Shown: positions 8,651 to 18,049 of the stretch, piece by piece
Numbering within the stretch: the first letter of the stretch is position 1
How the letters are laid out: every line of letters starts with the position of its first letter
Source: a virus
Lineage: Duplodnaviria > Caudoviricetes
Virus record (IMG/VR): IMGVR_UViG_3300043447_000138
Span: 1 to 49,675 of that record
Reading direction: 5' to 3' (one strand)
Length of the DNA: 49,675 nt
Translations under genes and position numbers: made by a program
Notes under the pieces: generated by a model
The model's input: the letters and a program-made list of their open reading frames with translations, nothing else
Database searches by the model: none
Told to the model about the DNA's origin: nothing

Positions 8651-9540
8651 CTAGGTTTTGCCCACTTAGACTTTAGCATATCTATCAGTTCGGGGAAGTC
8701 CATATTCTTTTTGTTCATATAGTCGCCTAACTTGACGACTAGTGGGTACTCTGGAGAGTCTGGCTTTTTAGCATTGAACATATCATTCTTTAGTTGTCCA
8801 CTCATATCACCATAGTACTGAATATTGTAGCGTATCTTATCAGCACCTTTAGATAGCGGCTGACCTGGTTGCTTCATAATTAGTTCGATCCACATTAAGA
8901 GGCTACTACGACCATACGCATCTTGACCTCGACCTTGGCCACGATTAGGACGGCGCATGAATGGAGCATCTTTGCGATGACCTTTGAGTAAATCACGGGC
9001 TTCACTAGGCTTGAGAGATTTACGTGTATCTTGTAGGCGCCATGCCTTAGCATCACTGTATAGGTGGGCTGGGATACCTTGTGTCTTAGCAGTGATGAGT
9101 AGTTGACGAACAATCTCGCTATGACGCTCATCTTGTTCTTGAAGTAGGACATGAATAGCAGTGATACTATCAGTGGGCATTGTGTTTGTTCGGCCAAAGA
9201 TACGATCTTCACTTTCACGTGTGCGATCAGGTGAGTGTTGCCAACTGCGCTCCCAGTAATCTACAGGTTTGACTTTGTAGTTTTGAGCAATCACATTTCC
9301 GTCTAGTACAAACATTACTGCCGAACTGCCGACCCAACGATGATAGTCGCCTACCTTAGTACGAGTTGCGCTTAGATAATACGGATAGCCCCGAGGTGCT
9401 AAGTCTGATTCTGACTTGTTGCCCATCACAGAACTCATATTGAAGTTGCCGTCTTTTAGAATAGCAAGTGCGGCATGAATGCCTGTCTTGTGATATAAGA
9501 CAGGTGTTGCGCCTTCTGCGATAAACTGTAGTGCTCTCAT
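8647..9540 (-). CDS. Late hypothetical protein, possible ADP-ribosyltransferase-like fold
   Basis: MRALQFIAE start; LYH.T, YLS.TR and ESEDR elements loosely match ART H-S-E spacing (inference). Confidence 0.55.
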   Translation of the reverse strand: MRALQFIAEGATPVLYHKTGIHAALAILKDGNFNMSSVMGNKSESDLAPRGYPYYLSATRTKVGDYHRWVGSSAVMFVLDGNVIAQNYKVKPVDYWERSWQHSPDRTRESEDRIFGRTNTMPTDSITAIHVLLQEQDERHSEIVRQLLITAKTQGIPAHLYSDAKAWRLQDTRKSLKPSEARDLLKGHRKDAPFMRRPNRGQGRGQDAYGRSSLLMWIELIMKQPGQPLSKGADKIRYNIQYYGDMSGQLKNDMFNAKKPDSPEYPLVVKLGDYMNKKNMDFPELIDMLKSKWAKPR

Positions 9541-10970
9541 TATCTGCCTCTAAACTCTCGCACTAAGCCAACTGTGTATTCGCCTACTTTACCTAAGATA
9601 CGGCCGCCATCTCGCTTGTGTTGTTCTGCACCATTGAAGTTACTTCTGACCCAGATTTTAGCGTTAATCTGTTCTGCGATGAGGTCAGCATAATCCCTCG
9701 CCTCTGATTCAACAGCGGCCGCAAACATTTCATCTAAGTCTGTTAAGGTAGGAGTGCCGTCAAGGTAATTACCCTCATCCATGCGTTGTACGAACTCTCT
9801 AATCTCAAAATACTTCCACTGAGAGATTTTATAAACATCACCCAACATTCGCTGAGCATCATCATTATATTGATCGTAGCCAAAGTGAGCATCGTCGTGT
9901 ACTTTGTCCCAGTCAACATCACCATCTGGTGTCATGTAGCCTTTTTCTTTGGCATACTCCATTTGCCATCTGTGGAAGCCATCATCGTTTGCTTCCCATT
10001 CGCTGTAAATTTCATTCGTGTATTCATTAGCATATTCGCCGACCAAGTGCCATAAGCCTTCGAGTGTTTTATCATCAGCGAACATGATAAACGAAGCCAT
10101 AGAAGGCTCTTGCTTCTTAAAGAACTCCTCGAGGGAGGGGAATCGAGTTAGCACTAAGTATGCTAAGTCTATTGGGCTATCACCTTCGTCCATGAATTGT
10201 TCACTGCTAAAGTGTAGTTGATACTTCTCGCCTTCGTACTTAGGCTGCTTAGGTAAGACAATGTATAAGTGTCCGTCATCATTGTAGTGATTGAACATAT
10301 TGTTGCCGCGAGTCGATGCTGTGCACCAACGTGTGCCTCGGCCATAGTAGCAGGCTGCTTCTTCGTCTTCAGGTAGAATAACTCTGACTTCGCTATTGTC
10401 TAGTAAGGTTGACGCTGTACCACGAGCACGTTGTTCTGCTTCTGGTGGTTGATACTCGGTCATGACTGTTTCAAAGTCATGAGCAGTAAGACGCATAATG
10501 TCTTTAGCCTGCGCCGGGAAGTCCTTTTTATTCTTATAAGCGATAAAGTCTTGCATCAGTGGGCGTAAGCGACTACCGATATCCTCGAATCGCTTGATGT
10601 TGCCGTTAGACCACTCACGTGCTAACCACGGCACGAATACTTTGTTGGGTGTAGGGTCACCGCGCTCTAATAACTCTAGTACTGTGTTGATAATCGACGG
10701 CGTGATTTGTTGTAAGACTTCCTTAGCGTTATCTACGCCAACTGATACCCATTGACCACCGTATTGCATCTTTTTGCGGCCGATGCCCCAGTGTGAGAAT
10801 GATTGTGGGTCGTATGCTAACTGAATGATTGTTTTTGCTGTCATCAAATCATCACCTAGGTCGTGACCAGCAGATGTTCTGACACGGGTGATGATTTTAG
10901 GGCCGAATGAGCGGGCAGTTGGCTCTCGCTTGTACTCTAGGATGACTGACTTGATTTCATTATAGCGCAT
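9540..10970 (-). CDS. Late hypothetical protein, probable internal head protein
   Basis: MRYNEIKSVILE start; AAC.YG.GT.WCT and K.QLHF...QFMD motifs seen in large-phage proteins. Confidence 0.75.
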   Translation of the reverse strand: MRYNEIKSVILEYKREPTARSFGPKIITRVRTSAGHDLGDDLMTAKTIIQLAYDPQSFSHWGIGRKKMQYGGQWVSVGVDNAKEVLQQITPSIINTVLELLERGDPTPNKVFVPWLAREWSNGNIKRFEDIGSRLRPLMQDFIAYKNKKDFPAQAKDIMRLTAHDFETVMTEYQPPEAEQRARGTASTLLDNSEVRVILPEDEEAACYYGRGTRWCTASTRGNNMFNHYNDDGHLYIVLPKQPKYEGEKYQLHFSSEQFMDEGDSPIDLAYLVLTRFPSLEEFFKKQEPSMASFIMFADDKTLEGLWHLVGEYANEYTNEIYSEWEANDDGFHRWQMEYAKEKGYMTPDGDVDWDKVHDDAHFGYDQYNDDAQRMLGDVYKISQWKYFEIREFVQRMDEGNYLDGTPTLTDLDEMFAAAVESEARDYADLIAEQINAKIWVRSNFNGAEQHKRDGGRILGKVGEYTVGLVREFRGR

Positions 10971-10977
10971 AGTCTAG

Positions 10978-10984
10978 TATTTAT
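10978..10984 (-). promoter_or_regulatory. Late promoter
   Basis: ATAAATA 7 nt upstream of ATG. Confidence 0.7.
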
Positions 10985-11001
10985 CACTAGACTGGCTACA
11001 G

Positions 11002-11331
11002 TCAGAACAAGGACTGAGGTTTGCGTTTGGATTTAGAGGCGGACATTGCTTGTAAGACAGCAATATCTGTTCTAGCAGTATGAATTTCTTCGTGGATAGT
11101 CTTAGTCGTATCTTCTAGAGTAGATAAACGATCACCCATAGCTTCAATCTTACCGTGTAGCTCTGATAAAGATAGATTCTGCGCTCCGTTTTGAGTACCT
11201 ACCTTCTCAAGAGTTTCATTGAGTTTCTTGAACCATGCTTTACCTTGCCACCAAGCGCCGCCAAGCGTAAACACAAACGCTAACAGCGGCCAGTCTTCTT
11301 TGATGGTCTGTAAGATTTCAAGTATGTCCAT
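11002..11331 (-). CDS. Membrane-anchored coiled-coil protein
   Basis: N-terminal TM then heptads; late box upstream. Confidence 0.7.
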   Translation of the reverse strand: MDILEILQTIKEDWPLLAFVFTLGGAWWQGKAWFKKLNETLEKVGTQNGAQNLSLSELHGKIEAMGDRLSTLEDTTKTIHEEIHTARTDIAVLQAMSASKSKRKPQSLF

Positions 11332-11335
11332 ACTG

Positions 11336-11342
11336 TATTTAT
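11336..11342 (-). promoter_or_regulatory. Late promoter
   Basis: ATAAATA 4 nt upstream of ATG. Confidence 0.7.
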
Positions 11343-11908
11343 CATCTATTAGCTAGAGGATTGTCTAAGGCTCGTTGAATCTTCTTGTCTACGTTAGCGT
11401 TAGTTTCTTTGATAGCAGAGTCTAAGTCACGGCGCATAGAGTTTTGCTCACCCTGAACTTGCTTTAAGGTTTGTCTAACCTCAGTTTGTGCTTCCTTTAC
11501 TGCTAAGTCAGTCTCACGCTGATTCTGTTTGACACTGCGCTCGACACCCTCTACTACTGACTCAAGACGACGAATATCATTCTTCAAATCGTTCTTGATA
11601 TCTTGAGTGTACTGTACAGACTTCTCACTATTTTGCATAGTGATCTCCATCTTCTTGTTTAGTTCACTCAAGTCTGGTGCTACATACTCGTTGATGCGCT
11701 TTTTCATGCCTTGATAGTCTTTGTATACTTCGAAGGCGCCGTAAAGGCCACCTAAGAGTGATGATACTAAAGTAAAAGCTACCATCATCTTAGCCGGCGT
11801 GAATTCATATCCACCGATACTGATAACAGTATCTTTACTGGCGTACTTCTTTACTGCTTCTTCGGCAGCGTCAATTTTAGCATTGACATCTTTGATTTCT
11901 TCACTCAT
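11342..11908 (-). CDS. Membrane-anchored coiled-coil protein
   Basis: GAGGAG RBS; single TM; ends ALDNPLA. Confidence 0.75.
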   Translation of the reverse strand: MSEEIKDVNAKIDAAEEAVKKYASKDTVISIGGYEFTPAKMMVAFTLVSSLLGGLYGAFEVYKDYQGMKKRINEYVAPDLSELNKKMEITMQNSEKSVQYTQDIKNDLKNDIRRLESVVEGVERSVKQNQRETDLAVKEAQTEVRQTLKQVQGEQNSMRRDLDSAIKETNANVDKKIQRALDNPLANR

Positions 11909-12037
11909 TTTTTCTCCTCTTGTTTTTGCTCAATTTTAGGAGGATCAATTATCTTGTCAACCTCCTTTGTTATTTTCCCAGCCGTCCAGAATCCAAACGC
12001 TGTGAAAAATCCTACGATAAATGCTGTAGCAGCCATA

Positions 12038-13807
12038 TTATTTGTATTGTTGTTCGACCATCTCGGTCCATTTTCTTTCACTGCCTTGGCCCATCAATCG
12101 CTGACCTCTGCTATTATCTATGACTGCCTGATTCTCATAAACTGACTTTACTTTGTAGAATGGTGCATCAATGTATGAACGATTCACATACAATGCTACC
12201 TTCGCACCGCTCTCAACAATAACATTCACGTTACGTTGCTCAATAAGGTCTTCCATCGTTACTTCATAGACGGGTAGAGGAGGACCCTTACTTGCCTGCT
12301 GTGGCTTCCTATCTTCTACTTCACCTCTACTCACCGGCTCAGGAGCAACTTCAACGATTTTATTTACGCCCGGTAAGAATTGACCAGAGCCAATCATAGC
12401 TAATGATTGCGGAGCAGCCGATACTGGAGTTGCTTGTGTCGTCTGCTCTGCCTTGAATGTACCGGACACATCTGTTGAGTTTGATACTGATGAAATATTT
12501 ACTACCTCGTTGTCAAACTTAGTGATGCCATAGTCGACCTTTTCTGTAAACTGTTGTGTTTGACTGCCGTTCATCTGACTACTACCTACCATAGAGATTG
12601 CGCCCATTCTGTATGAACTGTCCATGCTTCTAGTTGATAATCCCATTGACGGTTGATATGATTGACTAGATGTTACTTGTAAGCCAGTAGCATTAGTAGA
12701 GGGTATACCCATGTCACTAGTGCTCAATGCTACAGGCGCTGGCGGGTAGCCGATGTTTTCGCTATTAGTATTAGTATTAGTATTTGTTTGTGGCGAGACA
12801 TACGCTGTCGGTGCTGGTGGCAATGCCGCTGTAGTAGGTGTAGGAGTGTAAACAACTCTAGGTTGAGCGCCAGTGTTAGCAGTTGATGTTGCGGCCGTAG
12901 CAGTTGATGCTTGTGATTGTCCACCACCTTGATATGTTTGCGTTGTCGATACTGTTGACACTGAACTAGTGGTGTTAGTGGTATCAGTGACGCTAGTGAC
13001 AGGAGTTGGCGCAACTTCAACATTTGATGACGCGCTTGGAATTCTAGCAGTAGTCATCGGTGCTATCACAGAAGGAGCACTATAAGTAGTAGTCACGGGT
13101 GCCACACTCAAACGCTTGAGAGCATCTAAGTAGCCGCTACAGTTAGAACGAGCAAGTGGGTTGATTGAACACTCATCCATAGAGTACTTGAGTCTGAATG
13201 AGATAGAGCCTACTTCAGGGCCGTAGTAACCCCACCAGTTGCCGTTATAGTCTTGACCAGTGAAGCCAAACTTAGCAGTTGATAACAGTGATGATTCGTA
13301 TGGTGTTGTGAATGTCTTATTGACACCGAACCAGCGCCATCCACTAGAGTTCCATGCTAAGTTGTAGTTGTCTTGTACGATTGCGCGGTTATTCTTGTCG
13401 TAGATGTTGACATAAGCAGTTAGCCAATCAGTAGCGGCATTGTCCCAGTGGTTACCGTTCTTCCAGTTGAAGCCGTATTCATAGCCAGTTACTTGAACGT
13501 TAGGTAGTGCTCGAGGAATATTGACCGTCTGTGATACGTTTGTGTATTGTACACCAAAGTTCAATTCACTAGAGCCGTTCACAGCGACACCCGGAGCATA
13601 AGCACCGTAGTTACCGTTACTCAAAGATGGATAGAAGTTTGTACCAGTAGGACTTTGCCAACCAGTATTGTAGCTATTAGACCCAGCACCATACACAGAC
13701 AAGTCACCAGTATAACTAGTGACTGGCTGAGCATTAGAAACCGAAGAGCTTATAGATAGCAATACCAAGCAGAGTGCCCGCGCCAACTTTCTTGTAGGTA
13801 TCATCAT
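12038..13807 (-). CDS. Secreted Ser/Thr-rich protein with N-terminal beta-rich domain
   Basis: Signal-peptide-like start; S/T/P low-complexity linker; overlaps upstream gene by 74 bp. Confidence 0.7.
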   Translation of the reverse strand: MMIPTRKLARALCLVLLSISSSVSNAQPVTSYTGDLSVYGAGSNSYNTGWQSPTGTNFYPSLSNGNYGAYAPGVAVNGSSELNFGVQYTNVSQTVNIPRALPNVQVTGYEYGFNWKNGNHWDNAATDWLTAYVNIYDKNNRAIVQDNYNLAWNSSGWRWFGVNKTFTTPYESSLLSTAKFGFTGQDYNGNWWGYYGPEVGSISFRLKYSMDECSINPLARSNCSGYLDALKRLSVAPVTTTYSAPSVIAPMTTARIPSASSNVEVAPTPVTSVTDTTNTTSSVSTVSTTQTYQGGGQSQASTATAATSTANTGAQPRVVYTPTPTTAALPPAPTAYVSPQTNTNTNTNSENIGYPPAPVALSTSDMGIPSTNATGLQVTSSQSYQPSMGLSTRSMDSSYRMGAISMVGSSQMNGSQTQQFTEKVDYGITKFDNEVVNISSVSNSTDVSGTFKAEQTTQATPVSAAPQSLAMIGSGQFLPGVNKIVEVAPEPVSRGEVEDRKPQQASKGPPLPVYEVTMEDLIEQRNVNVIVESGAKVALYVNRSYIDAPFYKVKSVYENQAVIDNSRGQRLMGQGSERKWTEMVEQQYK

Positions 13808-14873
13808 CTTTTACTTCCTCAATTTTAGGAATCTTGTGTGGGTTAGCATCCCATTGTGCTTTAGCTTGAGCACCGATAACACCATCATAAGGGCATGGTG
13901 TGCCAGCTGCCATCATAGCGTCAAACACACGACGATCTTGACACATTGTAGAGATAGCGGCTACCTTCATACCCATATCGTAAAGTGTCTTACTCAACTT
14001 CAAGCGTTCGCAATTCATATCACGAACTGTGCCGCCGCTACTTACACCTAGAATCTGAGTTTGAACAGCGCCACTAGTACCTGTTGTACATAGGTCGTTA
14101 TTGCCGCCACTCATCATAGCAGGAGCAACAGCAGTTGGCGGTGGCTGAATCACACGCTGAGTAATATCAGAAGTATTGATATTACGGTTAGTCATCTCGC
14201 CTGATTGAATATTCTGATTCACGTTGTTAGATGTACTAGTGTTAGTGTTGACGTTATTATTAGCATTGGTGTTGTTGCTAGTAGTAGCGTTGTTATTGTT
14301 GTACGTCATGGTGCCACTGTTGACGTTGTTGTTATTGAACGTCTGAGTACCACTATTGATGTTAGTGTTTGTATTGTTAGTAGTAGCCGTACTAGTATTC
14401 ACATTATTGTTCGTGTTCGTATTGGTACTAGTGCTAGTATTCAAATTCGTATTGTTGTTGGTATTTGTATTAGTACTTGTACTAGTGTTTAGATTAGTAT
14501 TGTTGTTGGTATTGGTGTTAGTACTTGTACTGGTGTTTAAGTTAGTGTTGTTGTTGGTATTTGTATTTGTATTTGTATTAACATTCGTATTTGTGTTAGT
14601 ACTGGTACTGGTGTTCAAGTTAGTATTTGTGTTGGTATTCGTACTAGTGGCTGTGCTAGTAGAAGTGTTGGTATTTGTGTTGGTATTGGTATTTGTGGTC
14701 GTACCAGTGCTAACCACGTTATTATTGATGGTGGATGTGCCGCTGTTGATGTTATTGACGGTACTAGTGCTGGTGGAGTTAGTGTCCACGAGACTCTTTG
14801 TGTCATAGACAGTTTGCGCTTGGATGCTGCCAAGCACAGACACCAAAGCGCCTGCTAAGATTAGCTTTTTCAT
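13734..14873 (-). CDS. Secreted Asn/Thr-repeat protein with conserved Cys-containing C-terminal domain
   Basis: MKKLIL signal peptide; PP.A.AP...DLC...D.NCERLKL.K.LYD.GMKVAA...CQD.RV..AM..AGTPCP. Confidence 0.8.
   Translation of the reverse strand: MKKLILAGALVSVLGSIQAQTVYDTKSLVDTNSTSTSTVNNINSGTSTINNNVVSTGTTTNTNTNTNTNTSTSTATSTNTNTNTNLNTSTSTNTNTNVNTNTNTNTNNNTNLNTSTSTNTNTNNNTNLNTSTSTNTNTNNNTNLNTSTSTNTNTNNNVNTSTATTNNTNTNINSGTQTFNNNNVNSGTMTYNNNNATTSNNTNANNNVNTNTSTSNNVNQNIQSGEMTNRNINTSDITQRVIQPPPTAVAPAMMSGGNNDLCTTGTSGAVQTQILGVSSGGTVRDMNCERLKLSKTLYDMGMKVAAISTMCQDRRVFDAMMAAGTPCPYDGVIGAQAKAQWDANPHKIPKIEEVKDDDTYKKVGAGTLLGIAIYKLFGF
14230..14780 (-). repeat. Coding Asn/Thr tandem repeats (TNTNTNNNTNLNTSTS units)
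   Basis: Three exact 16-aa units plus degenerate copies; synonymous codons vary. Confidence 0.85.
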
Positions 14874-15040
14874 TGTTTCCCCTTTTTTATTATTGTTATA
14901 CTATATGAATCGTCACATGGAGGTTTTTCTTTAGTTTTTGGACCATGATCCCACTCTAGTCGTATTTAGCACAAGGTTCAAAATTTTGATCCAGATCAAC
15001 TAAATACTAAAAAAGATAATAACAATTTAGGGGGAAAAGG

Positions 15041-15823
15041 GTGGATCCATTAACGCTATTTGCGTTGGCCAATGGCGCCGTAAATGCGGTCAAGGCTGGC
15101 TGTAAGCTCTACAAGGATATCAAGGGCGCCGCTGGGGAAGTGAAAGAAGTTCTCAAGGATCTGGACGACCAGTTCAAAAAGCTACACCCACCAGACAAGC
15201 CTGCCACCCCTGAACAAAAGAAGCAGTTTATAGAAGAAAAAGAACGTGTCAAGGAGCTAAACCGCAAGGCTAACGAAGGCACACATACTGACGTATACGC
15301 TCAAATCGGCGAAGAGTTGGGCAAGTACTATGACAACTATTACAAGTGTGTTGCTATCTTCGAGGAAGAAGAGAAACGTGCTCATACTGAAGTCTACACC
15401 GGTGACTCCTCTCTAGGCAAACGTGCTCTACAGCGTGTCTTAATGAAGAAACAGCTAGAGCAGATGGGCAAGGAACTGCGTGAGTTGATGATTTATCAAA
15501 GTCCACCTGAACTGGGTGCTCTCTATACGGAAGTTGATGATATGATGAAGGAGATGGGCGCCGAGCAGAAGGTGCTTATTGCCCGTAAGATGGCTAACGA
15601 GGACCGTGAGCGTGAACGCCGTAAGAAGCGCCTTCAACGACTATATGTAGAAATTACTATCGGCGTATGCGGCATATTCCTGGCAGCGACTGTAGGCTTA
15701 GCTATGGTCTGGGTAGTACACGACCGTATTGAGAAGTACCCACACCTGGGCACAGGCTGGATACCTAAAACAGAAGAACAGCGTAGACTAGATGCTCTAC
15801 CAAAGGAATGGATAGGCAGATGA
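15041..15823 (+). CDS. Hypothetical coiled-coil protein with C-terminal TM
   Basis: MDPLTL start; CTAAATA box at 15000-15006. Confidence 0.75.
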   Translation: MDPLTLFALANGAVNAVKAGCKLYKDIKGAAGEVKEVLKDLDDQFKKLHPPDKPATPEQKKQFIEEKERVKELNRKANEGTHTDVYAQIGEELGKYYDNYYKCVAIFEEEEKRAHTEVYTGDSSLGKRALQRVLMKKQLEQMGKELRELMIYQSPPELGALYTEVDDMMKEMGAEQKVLIARKMANEDRERERRKKRLQRLYVEITIGVCGIFLAATVGLAMVWVVHDRIEKYPHLGTGWIPKTEEQRRLDALPKEWIGR

Positions 15824-15963
15824 CAACTGATGAATTGATATACTGGCTCAATAGGCTAGAAGATCGTGGATTTTTTAGAGCATGTTTAATAATCATATTT
15901 TGCTTGGGAGCTATTTTCGGCTTTTCAATGCTGGCGCTATGGTTCTTGTTTAGACATCATTGA
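15820..15963 (+). CDS. Small membrane protein (47 aa)
   Basis: ATGA coupling; hand-translated MTTDELIYWLNRLEDRGFFRACLIIIF... Confidence 0.5.
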   Translation: MTTDELIYWLNRLEDRGFFRACLIIIFCLGAIFGFSMLALWFLFRHH

Positions 15964-16005
15964 TTGATAAATACAATATAACCATTAACTTGAAGGATAT
16001 TAACA

Positions 16006-16569
16006 ATGGCACTAACAGATCAAATCTTAGGATTAATCAACAAACAACCAAAAGACCCTAACGCAGTTGCAGCACCAAAGGGCAGTCGCAGTGAGCGTGA
16101 AGCGGCTCTAAAAGACAAAGCAGGTATGGTCATTTCCATCTTTGCTCTACTCCTAGCAGTCAATAGTTGGTACGGCGGCAAGCTATCTAGCACCGTATTA
16201 AACAACACACTAGGTGCGAATAATAAGTGGGCACAGTATCAGGCAAAAGCTGGTCGTGGCGTTGACTATGAAATTGCCGCTAAGATGACCACTGACCCTA
16301 AACTAAAAGCAGAATTTCATGCTGAGGCAGAGCGCATGGAGAGTGATAAGAAGGCAATCGCTGTTGATGCTCGTGCTATGGAAGCTACCCGTGAAGAAGC
16401 TAAGAAGTCATCACCATGGATTGGATATGCTAGTACAGCGTATCAGTTAGCTATCGTAGTTCTATCAGCAAGTATCTTGGCTGTTAGTATGGCTATGTTC
16501 TGGGGCAGTTTTGCTGTTGCTGGTGTTGGCATACTACTAAGTCTAAACGGTATCTACTTGTGGTTCTAA
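16006..16569 (+). CDS. DUF4337-like membrane protein
   Basis: TM - A.N.WA.YQAK - coiled coil - Q.AIVV.S.S.L TM pattern; ATAAATA at 15967-15973. Confidence 0.75.
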   Translation: MALTDQILGLINKQPKDPNAVAAPKGSRSEREAALKDKAGMVISIFALLLAVNSWYGGKLSSTVLNNTLGANNKWAQYQAKAGRGVDYEIAAKMTTDPKLKAEFHAEAERMESDKKAIAVDARAMEATREEAKKSSPWIGYASTAYQLAIVVLSASILAVSMAMFWGSFAVAGVGILLSLNGIYLWF

Positions 16570-16583
16570 ACACCGGATGATCC

Positions 16584-16611
16584 AAAAAGGCACTCTGGGG
16601 GTGCCTTTTTT
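16584..16611. terminator. Bidirectional intrinsic terminator
   Basis: A5-GGCAC...GTGCC-T6. Confidence 0.8.
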
Positions 16612-16967
16612 ATTGCCTCCTGTCAACGCTTTCGTGGGCTGTGGCGTTGTATATGTATAGGAGGCAATATGCCAACAGTACAACCAAAATCATGTGAAGC
16701 TGACGATAAGCCAGGTAAGAATGAAGTGGAATACCATTCCAGAGTGTGGATGTTTCACAAGGAATGTCCAGATTGTGATACCAAACGTTCAGCACCTTGT
16801 CAAAACTGTTCATCCAAATAAGTTGACTTCTTAGTTGTACGCTGTCATAATAAGATAAAATTAAAAGTCAACGTGAGAACGGTGACTAAATAAATTTGAA
16901 GGGATGGTCTCTTCAAACCTACAGACTTTAACTAATGCTCTTAGTCTGTGAGCAGTAAAAGGAAAAT

Positions 16968-17882
16968 ATGATGTATCAATCAAAACTCGTGGCGAGTCTA
17001 AAAGCCAATGGCCGCATTCTACGTGAATTCAAAGACACTGTTTACATTCCATTCGGAAGCGAATACAGTATTCTACTCAAGAACCTAAACACCCAACGAG
17101 CAATAGTAAACGTCTTCATTGACGGCACTAACATTGTAGAAGGTGGCTTAGTTCTCAACGCCGGACAAGAGGTAGACCTAGAACGTTCAATCGTTGGTGG
17201 CAACTTATCAGCGGGCAACAAACTCAAGTTCATTGAACGAATCAAAGCAATCGAAGATGGTCCTCGTGGCATCAAACTAGAGGATGGCATAATCAGAGTG
17301 GAGTTTCAGTACGAAGTACCTCGTCCAGTCATCAATATGAATGATTCGTGGTGGAAGAACAGTATCGTTGGTCAAGGCACTGGTATACCTCGTGATATGT
17401 TCTATGCTACTAACGGCACCTCTGCTAGTGGTGTGAGTGGTAGCACAGGCACTGACCGTTTCACACTAACAGCAAGCGGCAGTATTAGTCAGATGAATGT
17501 CAATGGTGTTCTACGTGGTGTTGACTATTCTAATGGTGAAGCTACTAAAGCGGCGGCCGCTAGTGCTATCAATAACGTAGTGCCACAGAGTGCTACTCAC
17601 GATGGCCAGGCTACCATGGACTGGATGCCCGCTAACGATATTGGTATTACTGTACCTGGTAGCCGGAGTGACCAGAAGTTCGTCACTACTACAATCGGTG
17701 CTCTTGACCCAGAGAAGCATACAATCGTGTTGAAGATTCTCGGTGAGACTCCTGACAACCGGCCAGTGACCGAAGCAGTCACGGTAAAGAAGAAGCCCAA
17801 ATGTGTCACGTGTGGTAAGCAGAACAAAGCTACTGCTAAGTTTTGTTCGGAATGCGGAACCGCGTTAGAAATCTTCGCTTAA
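16968..17882 (+). CDS. Conserved phage protein with C-terminal zinc ribbon
   Basis: AAGGA RBS; CVTCG...FCSECG. Confidence 0.8.
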   Translation: MMYQSKLVASLKANGRILREFKDTVYIPFGSEYSILLKNLNTQRAIVNVFIDGTNIVEGGLVLNAGQEVDLERSIVGGNLSAGNKLKFIERIKAIEDGPRGIKLEDGIIRVEFQYEVPRPVINMNDSWWKNSIVGQGTGIPRDMFYATNGTSASGVSGSTGTDRFTLTASGSISQMNVNGVLRGVDYSNGEATKAAAASAINNVVPQSATHDGQATMDWMPANDIGITVPGSRSDQKFVTTTIGALDPEKHTIVLKILGETPDNRPVTEAVTVKKKPKCVTCGKQNKATAKFCSECGTALEIFA

Positions 17883-17888
17883 CAATCG

Positions 17889-17906
17889 GGGGACCCTACG
17901 GTCCCT
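17889..17906 (+). terminator. GC hairpin, likely terminator
   Basis: GGGACC-CTAC-GGTCCC just after stop; weak U tract. Confidence 0.5.
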
Positions 17907-17907
17907 C

Positions 17908-17955
17908 ATAAGTTTTAGCTATCACGCCGATTGAAATATATTAGCGAAAAACTAT
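17908..17955 (+). promoter_or_regulatory. OxyR-type (LysR) operator upstream of ahpC
   Basis: ATAA-N7-CTAT-N7-ATTG-N7-TTAG-N7-CTAT, next to TTGATT-17-TACAAT promoter at 17965-17993. Confidence 0.65.
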
Positions 17956-18049
17956 CGAAAATCGTTGATTTATAGAGTAAATAAATGTACAATAGAAACA
18001 CGGAACAAAGTGTTCTAGACAATTTTCATTTTACATTAAGGAGAAAAAT

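Noticed and set aside
14356-14808. Val/Leu-rich 150-aa ORF on the plus strand
   Set aside because: Antisense shadow of the Asn/Thr repeat.
16610-16813. 67-aa minus-strand ORF
   Set aside because: No RBS or motif, and a competing frame looks equally plausible; left uncalled.
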